The position numbers were made by a program, and so were the translations under genes. Shown here piece by piece: positions 8,376 through 17,175 of a DNA stretch of 35,047 bases. Under the pieces are notes generated by a model, which worked only from the letters and a program-made list of their open reading frames with translations, was not told the DNA's origin and ran no database searches. The stretch's first letter is position 1; each line of letters starts with the position of its first letter. The DNA lies in the IMG/VR virus record IMGVR_UViG_2534682060_000007, positions 1 through 35,047 of that record; one strand, 5' to 3'. The stretch comes from a virus (lineage: Duplodnaviria; Heunggongvirae; Uroviricota; Caudoviricetes).

Positions 8376-9569
8376 TTATGCTTTTTTTACATACTCCATG
8401 AACATTTTTTTAGCTTGTGCTGGTGGTGTTCCAGCCATGACAAGCGCATCAATGAACGCCTGCTTCTTCAGTGCGAACTGATCGGCCAGGCGTTGCTGAA
8501 GCTCCTTGTTTTTCTGTTTCTCACGTTGCAACGCCGCTTCTTTTGCTGCCGCCCGTTTTTTCTGTGCGTCTGACAACTTTCTGGCCTTGGTCAGTTGGTC
8601 ACGTAGCTTGTCAATCTTGCCGTTGTCCTTTGCCAGTTTTGTGCTTAAAGCGGCCTGGCGCTTCTGATAGAGCCTCCATTCTCGCTTGGCAGCGTCAACG
8701 TTCGTTTTACTGCTACGATTGCGATTAAACTCCTTCTCGTCTTCTTTTGAGAAGTGTTTGGTTGTACGGCGGCGATCGTCACCAAATGCAATTTGCGTTG
8801 CAGCCTTTTGTAGCGCACGAGCAATACTCATTTGCCAACTGGCGGACTGTAACCGCGTCATTGAGTGGATCACGTGTTTACAGGCGACGCCTTGCAGCTT
8901 CGGGTTGCGAACTTTTGGATAGGCGTATTCTTTTGGCGGTGCCAGGGCAAAGTTACCCGCAGTGGCGATGTAACGATACCAGTATTGATGACGACCACAG
9001 TCACAATCGAAAGACACTCGCCCGGCGCACAGTGATTTAGTGATTTTGAGAGCTGATTTATCGTCTTCTGCGATGTCATCAACCATCTGATCCCATTCTT
9101 CAAAGCGTATCCGGACGATATGGTGCTGGTGGACGGATATATCCGATGCTTCTACGCGGATATTAATCACATTGTGGCGAAGAGATACGGGTGTAGCTCT
9201 TTTGATACCAGATCCGTCATCCACGGCGTTATTTGCACGCTTAATATCGATTGCCTGGCTGGATGCCACCAGCTGGGCGTATGTGATGCCAGCCGTCTTG
9301 CTGTCATATTTTTCGCGCGTTTTACTCCGTAGCTTTTCGAAACCTTTCAGGTCGTCTCGCGTGAAGAACGTGCCGCCTTTTTTCTTCCCTAACTTGAGAA
9401 TATCTTCGGCGGATTTGTTCCTCAGTCTACCTGGCGTCAGCGTCCGGTGAGCTTGTCGGCGCTTACGGGTTTGTTCTTTCCTGATAAGGTCGAATAAACG
9501 CGTGAAGTCCTTAGAGGACAGGCCGTCAGTGATATAGCGCCCGTCCTGGTTTTTCAGGAAATCAGGCAT
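8376..9569 (-). CDS. SWIM-type zinc-finger protein with K/R-rich coiled-coil C-terminus
   Basis: CDCGRHQYW...GVACKHVIH fits a C-x-C...C-x-H SWIM-like motif; GGAG RBS; start overlaps stop of upstream 109-aa gene. Confidence 0.55.
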   Translation of the reverse strand: MPDFLKNQDGRYITDGLSSKDFTRLFDLIRKEQTRKRRQAHRTLTPGRLRNKSAEDILKLGKKKGGTFFTRDDLKGFEKLRSKTREKYDSKTAGITYAQLVASSQAIDIKRANNAVDDGSGIKRATPVSLRHNVINIRVEASDISVHQHHIVRIRFEEWDQMVDDIAEDDKSALKITKSLCAGRVSFDCDCGRHQYWYRYIATAGNFALAPPKEYAYPKVRNPKLQGVACKHVIHSMTRLQSASWQMSIARALQKAATQIAFGDDRRRTTKHFSKEDEKEFNRNRSSKTNVDAAKREWRLYQKRQAALSTKLAKDNGKIDKLRDQLTKARKLSDAQKKRAAAKEAALQREKQKNKELQQRLADQFALKKQAFIDALVMAGTPPAQAKKMFMEYVKKA

Positions 9570-9891
9570 TTTCTATCTCCGGTTCCGCGCTCGCGTAATC
9601 ACGGATCTTGTTCCTCAGCCATGCCACATCAGGAAGAGTTAACGTGGTCCCGGCGGGCATTTCTTCCATTTCTGACTCATGGCCCACCAGCACCCGGAAT
9701 ACCCAGCGCAAATCTGCATTGCCATACGCCCTGTAGGCTGCAAGGTCTGAACGATATACTTCATCAATCTTTATCGTGTACTGGAAATTATCAGAGTGAT
9801 ACTCCGATACCCGCTTAATCATTTCCTGGTGAAACAGCGCACGAAAAATATCGTCTTCAATGTACCTATCGTCGAGTCTGCTATAGCCCAT
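9562..9891 (-). CDS. hypothetical protein co-transcribed with SWIM protein
   Basis: 109-aa ORF, 8-nt overlap with downstream gene. Confidence 0.5.
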   Translation of the reverse strand: MGYSRLDDRYIEDDIFRALFHQEMIKRVSEYHSDNFQYTIKIDEVYRSDLAAYRAYGNADLRWVFRVLVGHESEMEEMPAGTTLTLPDVAWLRNKIRDYASAEPEIENA

Positions 9892-10084
9892 AACAAAGCC
9901 TCTCAGTCATAACCTGGGGGAAACTGTATGCAGGGTGTGAAATGCGAGAAACAGACAGGCCACCAGTTCAGGGGGATGTGGTTCATAAATCCCCTCACTG
10001 GTGACAAGTGACTTTCATTAATCTTTATGCGGGGGCCAGCTTCATTTGCTGGCATTAGATTAAAAATTAAACGGAGTGAATGAC

Positions 10085-10219
10085 ATGGATGTTATCTTCA
10101 AATTATTAATGCTAATTGATCTGTTTATGAACGCTTCATTGACCACTCAAATACTCGCGTCAATATTTTTGTTACTCTTCTACCTGGTATTGAGGGAGTT
10201 AACAAAGCTACTAATGTGA
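10085..10219 (+). CDS. candidate small hydrophobic peptide (44 aa)
   Basis: ATG with GGAG RBS about 8 nt upstream; translation MDVIFKLLMLIDLFMNASLTTQILASIFLLLFYLVLRELTKLLM; not in ORF table (under 60 aa). Confidence 0.25.
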   Translation: MDVIFKLLMLIDLFMNASLTTQILASIFLLLFYLVLRELTKLLM

Positions 10220-10873
10220 TCAAAGTATCACGGTATCTTCATCAACTTCTTTCCCAGCCAGTGACTTTGGCTGGGAGGTGCCTGCTTTAACTTTTTCATG
10301 CCCAATAATGGACAGGAACGAAGCGAGTATGCCTGTTTTTTGCTCTTTCTCGACTGTACCGGTCATCTGCTCTACATAATCTGCACTGGCAACGTTGTGG
10401 TATACGGTCGCGTAGCAACACAGGATCATCAGAATATGCTCCGGCCTGATATCCTGCCAGTTCACCCTGTAGACTTCTTCTCCGTTACCGTTGTATTCGG
10501 TATCAACGATAGAGTCGGGGATTTCGAAAGCACCTTTGTTATTTTGCGGCAGGGATAATAGTTTCTGGAGTTTTAACTCTCTGTATCTTTCCATCCCGAC
10601 GATGATTGCTGCTCTACCATCGGCATGACGGGTCTTGAGAGTCACCTGACTTGCTCCGGTGCCAGCGGAGATCGTTGGCGTAATTTCGTCTACTAGAACC
10701 TTAAATTTGCTTTTCCGCAGGGCTGCTATAGCTGGAGGAATTTTTTGCTTTTGCTCCAATGCTGACGCGGGAAGGGGTTTTACTTCGTTAATAATGAGAG
10801 CACCGTCTTTCAGTATTGCAGTGAGCATTTGAGGCTTGCTGGTGGTCAGGCTGAATATTGCGATCTTTTCCAT
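10220..10873 (-). CDS. hypothetical phage protein
   Basis: Start placed at ATG 10873 (MEKIAIF...) with GGAGG RBS; ORF-table start 10915 is upstream in-frame. Confidence 0.6.
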   Translation of the reverse strand: MEKIAIFSLTTSKPQMLTAILKDGALIINEVKPLPASALEQKQKIPPAIAALRKSKFKVLVDEITPTISAGTGASQVTLKTRHADGRAAIIVGMERYRELKLQKLLSLPQNNKGAFEIPDSIVDTEYNGNGEEVYRVNWQDIRPEHILMILCCYATVYHNVASADYVEQMTGTVEKEQKTGILASFLSIIGHEKVKAGTSQPKSLAGKEVDEDTVIL

Positions 10874-10900
10874 TGTCCTTCCTCCACGGATGACGGATAC

Positions 10901-10925
10901 AAAAAAAGGCCGCACATGGCGGCCT
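10901..10925 (-). terminator. intrinsic-terminator-like hairpin in the 5' leader of the 10220-10873 gene
   Basis: Stem aggccgc/gcggcct; on the minus strand it is followed by a 7-U run; sits 28 nt upstream of the start codon on the same strand. Confidence 0.4.
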
Positions 10926-11141
10926 GCTTTGGCGTTATGACTCCCTACCGCGCTTCGGCTGAAAGTTAATCGTCAAAAGAACCTTCAACGGGAGCCGTTA
11001 GCGCGATGGATTATGTGCAGTTTGTGATTTCCAAAATAGTGTCAACCACTTTTTGTGGATTTTATTTTTTGACCGAAATTTGGCCTAAATCATGTTGATG
11101 TAGTTAATTGTTTTTATAACATAAAACTTCATTTTGTTTAC

Positions 11142-11765
11142 ATGAAGGATGGTGTAGTGAAGTTAAGGGTTTTAGGGGCCGCGCTCGCGGCTATGTTGGG
11201 ATGCGTATCTGCTAATACTGCCAATGCAACTGCGTTACCTGCACAATTCAGGGCAGGGCAGCAGGTTATGAATAACGCTGGTGGGGATCATTCACAAGCG
11301 GCCATTATGGACTTTTGCAAGAGGGAGGGCATTCCATTACGGCCTGTTGGAACTCAGTTTATTGGTAAAACTGACTTTTGCGTTTTTGCATATACAGCAT
11401 ATCTGACGGACAAAGCTATAACAAAAACAGGTTATTCAACCAAAGATACTCTTTCCAGATTAAGTCAGGGATGGCAGCAATTCGAAGTGTATCGCCAGCA
11501 AGGATTAGGTGAGTTATTGCAACCACTTTTTATGCTTGCGTTGGTGCCAGAGGGGCAGCAATTTTTGGTTAAAAAGGGAATGCTTCGCCAAAGTGATATT
11601 GCCGGGTTCGATAGCATGATGGCTTATGAGCGCAAACTAACCGAGCAGCGAAATAAAAAACCATCTGCTTCATGTGTGCAAAGTAAAACAGCAGAATACA
11701 GTGCAGTAGCCGGGCCTTTAGCCAAACAAATGGCAGAGCAATGGTGTAAAAAATACGGGCAATAA
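11142..11765 (+). CDS. secreted or lipoprotein-like hypothetical protein
   Basis: N-terminal signal peptide LRVLGAALAAMLGCVSANTANA; possible alternative GTG start at 11157 with better RBS. Confidence 0.55.
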   Translation: MKDGVVKLRVLGAALAAMLGCVSANTANATALPAQFRAGQQVMNNAGGDHSQAAIMDFCKREGIPLRPVGTQFIGKTDFCVFAYTAYLTDKAITKTGYSTKDTLSRLSQGWQQFEVYRQQGLGELLQPLFMLALVPEGQQFLVKKGMLRQSDIAGFDSMMAYERKLTEQRNKKPSASCVQSKTAEYSAVAGPLAKQMAEQWCKKYGQ

Positions 11766-11785
11766 GTTACGCAGCGGAGGCAGAA

Positions 11786-12178
11786 TTGAAAAGATTGGCT
11801 ATTGCTTTACTGGCGTCTTTCCCTTTGATCGCGAGCGCCGGAAATTTACAAGTTAAGTGCGGTCGGTTTGATATAAAAATCTATCCAGATGCCATATTTC
11901 TGAATGGGAATAAGGTTGATAACGCACACCGAAAAACTGAATCTGACGTAATGAGCTATGTGTTCCAGGAGTATGCGGAGATGGGGGGAACTTACACGCT
12001 GTACTCGCTGGATGTTCCTTCTCGCGGTGATATGACATTATCCCATCAATGGCAGAACGCCGATGGCGAAGCTCTGCGCGAGGTTAAAACAGAAAAATGT
12101 GGCACTTTCCATTCTTTTAAAGGGAAAGCGCCAAATGTTAAATCTGTGCTTGAAAAACAGCGCGCAGGTGAGCTTTAA
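11786..12178 (+). CDS. secreted hypothetical protein
   Basis: Signal peptide MKRLAIALLASFPLIASA followed by mature domain with two Cys. Confidence 0.6.
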   Translation: MKRLAIALLASFPLIASAGNLQVKCGRFDIKIYPDAIFLNGNKVDNAHRKTESDVMSYVFQEYAEMGGTYTLYSLDVPSRGDMTLSHQWQNADGEALREVKTEKCGTFHSFKGKAPNVKSVLEKQRAGEL

Positions 12179-12486
12179 ACACCTTTAACCACGGAGATGC
12201 CGTTCCCTGCACGATAGCGGCGGGGAACGGAATTCTCCATCAGGTCACGAATTACTCCCGCCTCATGTAGTTCCTCTGTTTCCCAGTATCTGTTTGTCAC
12301 CAGATCGAGGCTGGCTATGACCTTGTGCCGGTCATTAGGCATAGCCAATTTTTCTGCTATAACCATCAGTGAAAACTCTTCATCCAGTAGGATTTGATAC
12401 CAGACTTTTGACAGCTCCAACTCTCTAATGAGGGTGAAGCGCCGCTCAAGTGTGGCGGCAGAATAAGTGAAATCTATTTTTTTCAT
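12175..12486 (-). CDS. hypothetical protein downstream of antirepressor
   Basis: 103-aa ORF on same strand as antirepressor operon. Confidence 0.45.
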   Translation of the reverse strand: MKKIDFTYSAATLERRFTLIRELELSKVWYQILLDEEFSLMVIAEKLAMPNDRHKVIASLDLVTNRYWETEELHEAGVIRDLMENSVPRRYRAGNGISVVKGV

Positions 12487-12545
12487 CGTGCGGATAATCC
12501 GATTATTTGGCAGTTAAATCCCCGGCGTCGCCGGGGATGCAGCAT

Positions 12546-13487
12546 TTAACTAACAATCCAGTCCATAGCAATAACATCCTCTGGAGCTAAATCAATAGCA
12601 TGGATTTTCCCGTCACGGATGGTGCGCCAGTGCTTTCGTGATCCACCTTCGGGCCACACCCATATACCTTCAGGCCAGGAAGAACGACGACACACTGTTG
12701 CGTATCCAGTCCTGATCTTCTCTCTGACGGTATGTAGTGACAGATTATCCTTTGGGCTTTCAGGCACAGGATGGTGGATTGCCTGAAACATCCCCATCTT
12801 TGGATGATACCAGCGTTTATTGCGTGGTTCTGCCTCCGACATCACCTGCTTAAAGGCTTTCCGGAAGGGGGCCAGGGCCACAATGGAGCGTCGCGCAAGC
12901 AAACCATCTGGAGTTAAAAACTCATGCGTATCGGTGGGAATCCGGAAAGCGTTAACCAGGTTGCGACATTTGGCTTCAGTCAGGCCACATTTCGCCGCCA
13001 GCTGGCGGTAGCCAATGTAGCCTTCCGGAATATTGCCTTTCTTTATTTGCTCGAGTGTTTCAGCGACCATCGATACTTGTGCTGATACCTCGGCTACCTG
13101 GGCATTTACGGCGTTGATCCGGCGTTCATGCTCAAGATGCATTTGCGCCATTTCAGCCAGAATTTCGGCTTTTGATTTTAACTGTACCCGGGCATTCTCC
13201 AGTTCGCGCCAGCGGTCCACCAGCCGGGCGGTGAATTCCGGAGAGAGCTGCGCGACGACAATGATGCTGTCTCGTTTTCCTTGTTCGCCTTCAAAGATGT
13301 AAGCCTTGGAAAATCGACGAGGGCCAACTGATTGTTTATTTTCAATTTCCACAGATTGTGGAAATTGGATCACACTCTTTTTAGCCAGTGTTTCGATAGT
13401 TCTCTTCACACTATCTGGGCGACTTCCTACCAGTTCCGCGATCTCAATACTGGTCATTGTCGCTTTTTGAGAGATGGACAGATTCAT
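12546..13487 (-). CDS. phage antirepressor (Rha/Ant-like)
   Basis: N-terminal TSIEIAELVGSRPDSVKRTIETL resembles the Rha-family regulatory N-domain; 313 aa; start overlaps stop of upstream small ORF. Confidence 0.7.
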   Translation of the reverse strand: MNLSISQKATMTSIEIAELVGSRPDSVKRTIETLAKKSVIQFPQSVEIENKQSVGPRRFSKAYIFEGEQGKRDSIIVVAQLSPEFTARLVDRWRELENARVQLKSKAEILAEMAQMHLEHERRINAVNAQVAEVSAQVSMVAETLEQIKKGNIPEGYIGYRQLAAKCGLTEAKCRNLVNAFRIPTDTHEFLTPDGLLARRSIVALAPFRKAFKQVMSEAEPRNKRWYHPKMGMFQAIHHPVPESPKDNLSLHTVREKIRTGYATVCRRSSWPEGIWVWPEGGSRKHWRTIRDGKIHAIDLAPEDVIAMDWIVS

Positions 13488-13702
13488 CAGTGCACCTCCA
13501 CGCAGTTCATTGGCAGATTCCAGTAATTGAGGATCTCCATCGCATCAAGAGTGAAGCGAGCAGCAAAAATGCAGGGTTCTTCGGGAAGGTATGAGCGCGC
13601 TTCTGCTTCGGTTGCAGCCATGACGCAGATATACAGGTGTTTTTGGCAGGAATAGAAACGCCAGATAAATTCAGAATGAGTTGGGGTAGGGGTAGTAGCC
13701 AT
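13487..13702 (-). CDS. small protein translationally coupled to antirepressor (in the position of P1 icd)
   Basis: 71-aa ORF with strong AAGGAGG RBS; stop overlaps antirepressor start. Confidence 0.55.
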   Translation of the reverse strand: MATTPTPTHSEFIWRFYSCQKHLYICVMAATEAEARSYLPEEPCIFAARFTLDAMEILNYWNLPMNCVEVH

Positions 13703-13885
13703 AATGGCAGCCTCCTTTTGCTAATTTAAGGAGCTACCGCGTGAGGTTCCAATCTCAATGGCGGTAGCACTGACTGGGTTGGAACTACCGGCGCAAAAGG
13801 GAACCGGCCTGCCTTTCGGCAGCCCAGCCAGCACTACCATTGATCTCTGAGCTAAACGCTACGTATGGCTGTGCGATGGCATGAC
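13703..13885 (-). ncRNA. candidate structured leader / antisense-type regulatory RNA upstream of the antirepressor operon
   Basis: Several inverted repeats: 13733-13740/13761-13768 (8 bp), 13763-13778/13823-13838 (16 bp, perfect only with G-U pairs in the minus-strand transcript), GNRA hairpin near 13806-13821. Confidence 0.3.
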
Positions 13886-13887
13886 AC

Positions 13888-13910
13888 AAAAAAAGACGCT
13901 TTCGGCGTCT
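13888..13910 (-). terminator. Rho-independent terminator (minus strand)
   Basis: Hairpin agacgc/gcgtct followed on the minus strand by a 7-U run. Confidence 0.5.
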
Positions 13911-14014
13911 GTGTCGCCTTTTGCATTATCCGGGGTTCCAATCCCGGCACCCGTTTTTCTAAGGTGCCGTAGAAATATACCCCACGATAATGCCAGGGCG
14001 CAACAGTCAGTATT

Positions 14015-14182
14015 TTATGCTTTGGCGGATTTCTTCCGGGCTTGCTTGCAGGCGTAGGCCATTGCTTTAGCTTTCACTTCATCCAGCTTCCCGGTGATCA
14101 CTTCTTTTCCGAGAGTGACAAACCAGTCATAGCAACCGCCAGTGATGTTCTGGATTTGAAAGTTGAGGTAGCGAACGGTCAT
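14015..14182 (-). CDS. small hypothetical protein (55 aa)
   Basis: ATG at 14182 with GGGGGTG RBS; translation MTVRYLNFQIQNITGGCYDWFVTLGKEVITGKLDEVKAKAMAYACKQARKKSAKA; not in ORF table. Confidence 0.4.
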   Translation of the reverse strand: MTVRYLNFQIQNITGGCYDWFVTLGKEVITGKLDEVKAKAMAYACKQARKKSAKA

Positions 14183-14500
14183 TTTGACACCCCCAGCGCG
14201 AGTAAAGAATGCAGATTATCGCGTGAGTGGCGGACAACGAGTGATGGGAAAAGACAGTAGCTGTTCATAGTGTAGTGACTCCTTGCTTTCGGAGCCGCCA
14301 TCGACTGTTCCACGGTCTGGTGGCGGCGCAATAAAGGCTGGAACACCGTGAGTCAACGGGGGCTTTTCAGCCACCTATATTGCACCGCCATTGGTATGGC
14401 GGCGGCAATCATACGAAAAACTAAATAGTTTGTCTCAAAAAGTTGACCGGTGTGCCAATCGGTAGTGAATGTACATCGGAGCATTTTTCAATTCAACTTA

Positions 14501-14519
14501 AAATGTTAGAAAACTAATT
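14501..14519. promoter_or_regulatory. recurring motif site 2 (AATGTTAGAAAACTAATT)
   Basis: Direct sequence match to the recurring motif; overlaps the stop codon of the 14514-15092 gene. Confidence 0.35.
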
Positions 14520-15092
14520 TATCAATTCAATCGCCATCTGATACAACGCCATTTCATCGGCATTGTGCCGTATGAAATCTGCTTTTCCGCCTATTTTTCC
14601 ATCAGCATGAACAGGGACCAGCCAGGGATATTGTTCTCGGACCTCGGCTGGCGCTGCGTACTGGTGGTGCCATTTACACAAAGGGAGGACATATTTATGC
14701 GCGTTCTCTGCCGTTCTCCCGAAGATATGGTGCAGGGATACCACTGGGCTATGTTGCCCGTGAATATGGCAGGCAATGCAGGGGAGAGTACCGATAGCGG
14801 TCTGTATCCGGCGTTCATCGGCTGTGAGTGATCTGCCCTTCAGGCCGCGTGACGTGCGTGTTTTTTTGGACGGAGCGGATACAGCTTTCTCTTTTCTCCG
14901 CTGGTCATATTGCTTTGCTTTTTCAATTCTCTTTTGCCGATATTCAGGCGATGCGGCTTTTTCTCTCGCTCGCTGCTGCTGGCGTTGAGCTTGTTGAAGG
15001 CGCTTTGCCCTTTGTTCCTCTCGCCAGGCCGGGTCAGCCAATCTTTGCATGGCTTTTTGTCTCTGTTTCTCCCAGTAGCTCTGTTTCTGCAT
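14514..15092 (-). CDS. HNH-nuclease-domain protein (NinG/YbcO-like) with K/R-rich coiled-coil N-terminus
   Basis: C-terminal CIAC...LHHIFGRTAENAHKYVLPLCKWHH fits the C-x2-C / HH / N / H HNH pattern. Confidence 0.55.
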   Translation of the reverse strand: MQKQSYWEKQRQKAMQRLADPAWREEQRAKRLQQAQRQQQRAREKAASPEYRQKRIEKAKQYDQRRKEKAVSAPSKKTRTSRGLKGRSLTADERRIQTAIGTLPCIACHIHGQHSPVVSLHHIFGRTAENAHKYVLPLCKWHHQYAAPAEVREQYPWLVPVHADGKIGGKADFIRHNADEMALYQMAIELIN

Positions 15093-15140
15093 GATGGCTG
15101 CCTCTTACTTTTCAGCGATTTTTCTATGATTGATCAAAAT

Positions 15141-15174
15141 GGTTAGATATTCAAAATTGATTTTCTAACACAAA
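15141..15174. promoter_or_regulatory. recurring motif site 3, inverted pair in divergent promoter region
   Basis: GGTTAGATAT at 15141-15150 and inverted TTTTCTAACACA at 15161-15172, between the HNH-like gene and the rightward early operon. Confidence 0.4.
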
Positions 15175-15364
15175 ACATTAATATCATTCCTGATAACTGT
15201 TTGGAGGACATGATGCTTATAGCTTTAAGTGCGATCCACCAGCCATCTGTGAATGAGATTGGCCTGTTCTATGTGTTGTTTTTCGGGGCGTTGGCGCTAC
15301 TTGAGCTTGGTATTGAGCTTTTCGCAGTGCTTATGTTTTGCGTCACGATTTTGGGGAAATTTTG

Positions 15365-15976
15365 ATGGTGAAACGTATTTTGAAAATTTACATCGCGGGG
15401 CCGATGACTGGTTATCCAGATTACAACCGTGCGGCGTTTAATGCGAAAGCGAGCGAGCTGATGGCTGAAGGGCATATCGTTCTGAATCCAGCGGTGTTAC
15501 CTGGTGGCCTTTGCCAGAGTGAATACATGGATATTTGCCTGGCAATGGTGCGTTCTGCTGATGCGATTTATTTGCTCAATCGATGGGAAGAATCGGTTGG
15601 TGCTCGTGCAGAGCACGCGCTGGCTGAAAAGCTGGGGCTGACTGTAATTTATGAGTCACCAACCAACATTGAATGCCAGGTTGCTCCGCATATTTACCGG
15701 GAACTGGTCAATGCACTGCGTGATATCGCTGCTGTATATCACGGCACAGAACAGCTTCGTGAGCGTTTAGCCCATACCATTTCCTATTACCTTTCTTTAT
15801 CTCATGAGCACAAGCTCCGCCAGAAGGTAATGATCAAATTTATCATGAGGTTATCGAAATCCCTGGCAAACGCCGATCCAAAGAATCCATTACCGAAAGA
15901 GGCAATGAATTACCTGAAGTCCTGCAACGTTGTTTCTGAAGATGGCGTTCTTTTGGTTAGAAGGAGTTCTGCGTGA
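15365..15976 (+). CDS. DUF4406-like protein (nucleoside 2-deoxyribosyltransferase-like fold) with C-terminal extension
   Basis: IYIAGPMTGYPDYNRAAF motif typical of DUF4406 / N-deoxyribosyltransferase-like proteins; start at ATG 15365. Confidence 0.6.
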   Translation: MVKRILKIYIAGPMTGYPDYNRAAFNAKASELMAEGHIVLNPAVLPGGLCQSEYMDICLAMVRSADAIYLLNRWEESVGARAEHALAEKLGLTVIYESPTNIECQVAPHIYRELVNALRDIAAVYHGTEQLRERLAHTISYYLSLSHEHKLRQKVMIKFIMRLSKSLANADPKNPLPKEAMNYLKSCNVVSEDGVLLVRRSSA

Positions 15977-16290
15977 GCTGGCGGGGATGGGGAAGGGCAG
16001 AAATCATGATACTCCGCCAGTGCGCCGGAGCTATGACGGTCGAGAGTATTGGGAAGCTGATCGGTCGTACCGGTGATGCCGTCAGGACTAAAGCGCGAGA
16101 GCTTGGGATCAGCATGATTCTGAAAGGTGACTTTCACCAGTCAGCCAAATACCGGCAGAGCGATATAGAGCTGGCGCGGCAGCTTCATCAGTGTGGCGTT
16201 CCCCGCCGTGAGATCGCGGAAAAACTCGAAATGCCCCTGAGCATGATTAATCAGTACGTTTATTTCGAAAGGAGAGTGTATGAAGTCTGA
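15973..16290 (+). CDS. small putative DNA-binding protein
   Basis: 105-aa ORF with two HTH-like segments; overlaps neighbours. Confidence 0.5.
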   Translation: MSWRGWGRAEIMILRQCAGAMTVESIGKLIGRTGDAVRTKARELGISMILKGDFHQSAKYRQSDIELARQLHQCGVPRREIAEKLEMPLSMINQYVYFERRVYEV

Positions 16291-16768
16291 AGGTTTAACG
16301 CCCGCACAACTGGCAGAGCGTAACGCTGAGTATGTAACGGAAATTTCCCGACTTGAGAAAGCGTGTGCTGCGCTGGCGGCGGAGAATGCTGGGCTGAAAC
16401 ATGCAATGGCTGTAACTCTTGAGCATGTGTCGGTCACGGATGCAGGTCAGGCCGGAGTTGCTGCAATGATTATCAACGATGCCCTGCACCACAGCGAAAC
16501 TCCAGCCACCGATGCTTTTCTGGCTGAAATTCGTGCGGCGGCTCGCAACGAGGGGATTAACTATACCGCAAGCCGTCTTGCTGCTGCTTTCAACCACGGA
16601 TTTATCAATAAGTCTTTACGTGAAGTTTTCGACGTTACGCGCATGATTCTGTCAGCGAAAGAAGAGTTGGCTAATGAACCGCACCCGATTGATGGCCTGT
16701 CCGGTGAATATGCGGAGAAATCCCTTGAAGAATGGGCGGAACAGATTCGCAAAGGAGCTGACAAGTGA
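16280..16768 (+). CDS. paralogous coiled-coil early protein (Ea22-like family), copy 1
   Basis: Coiled-coil LEKACAALAAENAGLK and C-terminal domain shared with 17172-17969 and 17966-18607 (TD.FL.E......EG....A.R....GFI...........ARMIL...E...N, ...IRKG). Confidence 0.6.
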   Translation: MKSEGLTPAQLAERNAEYVTEISRLEKACAALAAENAGLKHAMAVTLEHVSVTDAGQAGVAAMIINDALHHSETPATDAFLAEIRAAARNEGINYTASRLAAAFNHGFINKSLREVFDVTRMILSAKEELANEPHPIDGLSGEYAEKSLEEWAEQIRKGADK

Positions 16769-17175
16769 AGAGGATGATTTTTGTGGCGGCATTGCTGACC
16801 ATTACCCAACAGGCGCAGGCTTCAGCAGTTATTGTGGCATCTACCGCCGCGACCACGGCTGCTGTAGCTGCTGCGAACTCTGCGAATATCGCAAACCAAC
16901 AGTCACAGCGTGCTGCCAATGCATCAGCCAGTGTTCACCCAATCGCCATTAAGGCCAGCAAGAAAAATATAGGTTTCATAACATGCGGCAAACGTTCTGA
17001 CGAGGCTGTAGGTTCACTTGGATGTACGGTATATGGGGATAGTGAGAGTAGAGAAATTCCATGGAAAACGTGGCCCGGATATGTTCTCGGCTCGAAGCTC
17101 CCTGCCAGCTATGAAGTAAACGCCGTATCGTTTGATCACTATAACGGCGTGGCAACGGTCTATTTTGCATATTGA
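16765..17175 (+). CDS. secreted hypothetical protein
   Basis: Signal peptide MKRMIFVAALLTITQQAQA; ATGA overlap with upstream gene. Confidence 0.5.
   Translation: MKRMIFVAALLTITQQAQASAVIVASTAATTAAVAAANSANIANQQSQRAANASASVHPIAIKASKKNIGFITCGKRSDEAVGSLGCTVYGDSESREIPWKTWPGYVLGSKLPASYEVNAVSFDHYNGVATVYFAY

Noticed and set aside
13741-13770. tRNA-like T-arm sequence (GGTTCCAATC) suggesting a tRNA or tRNA fragment
   Set aside because: No complete cloverleaf (acceptor stem, D-arm, anticodon arm) can be built around it; better explained as part of the structured leader of the antirepressor operon.
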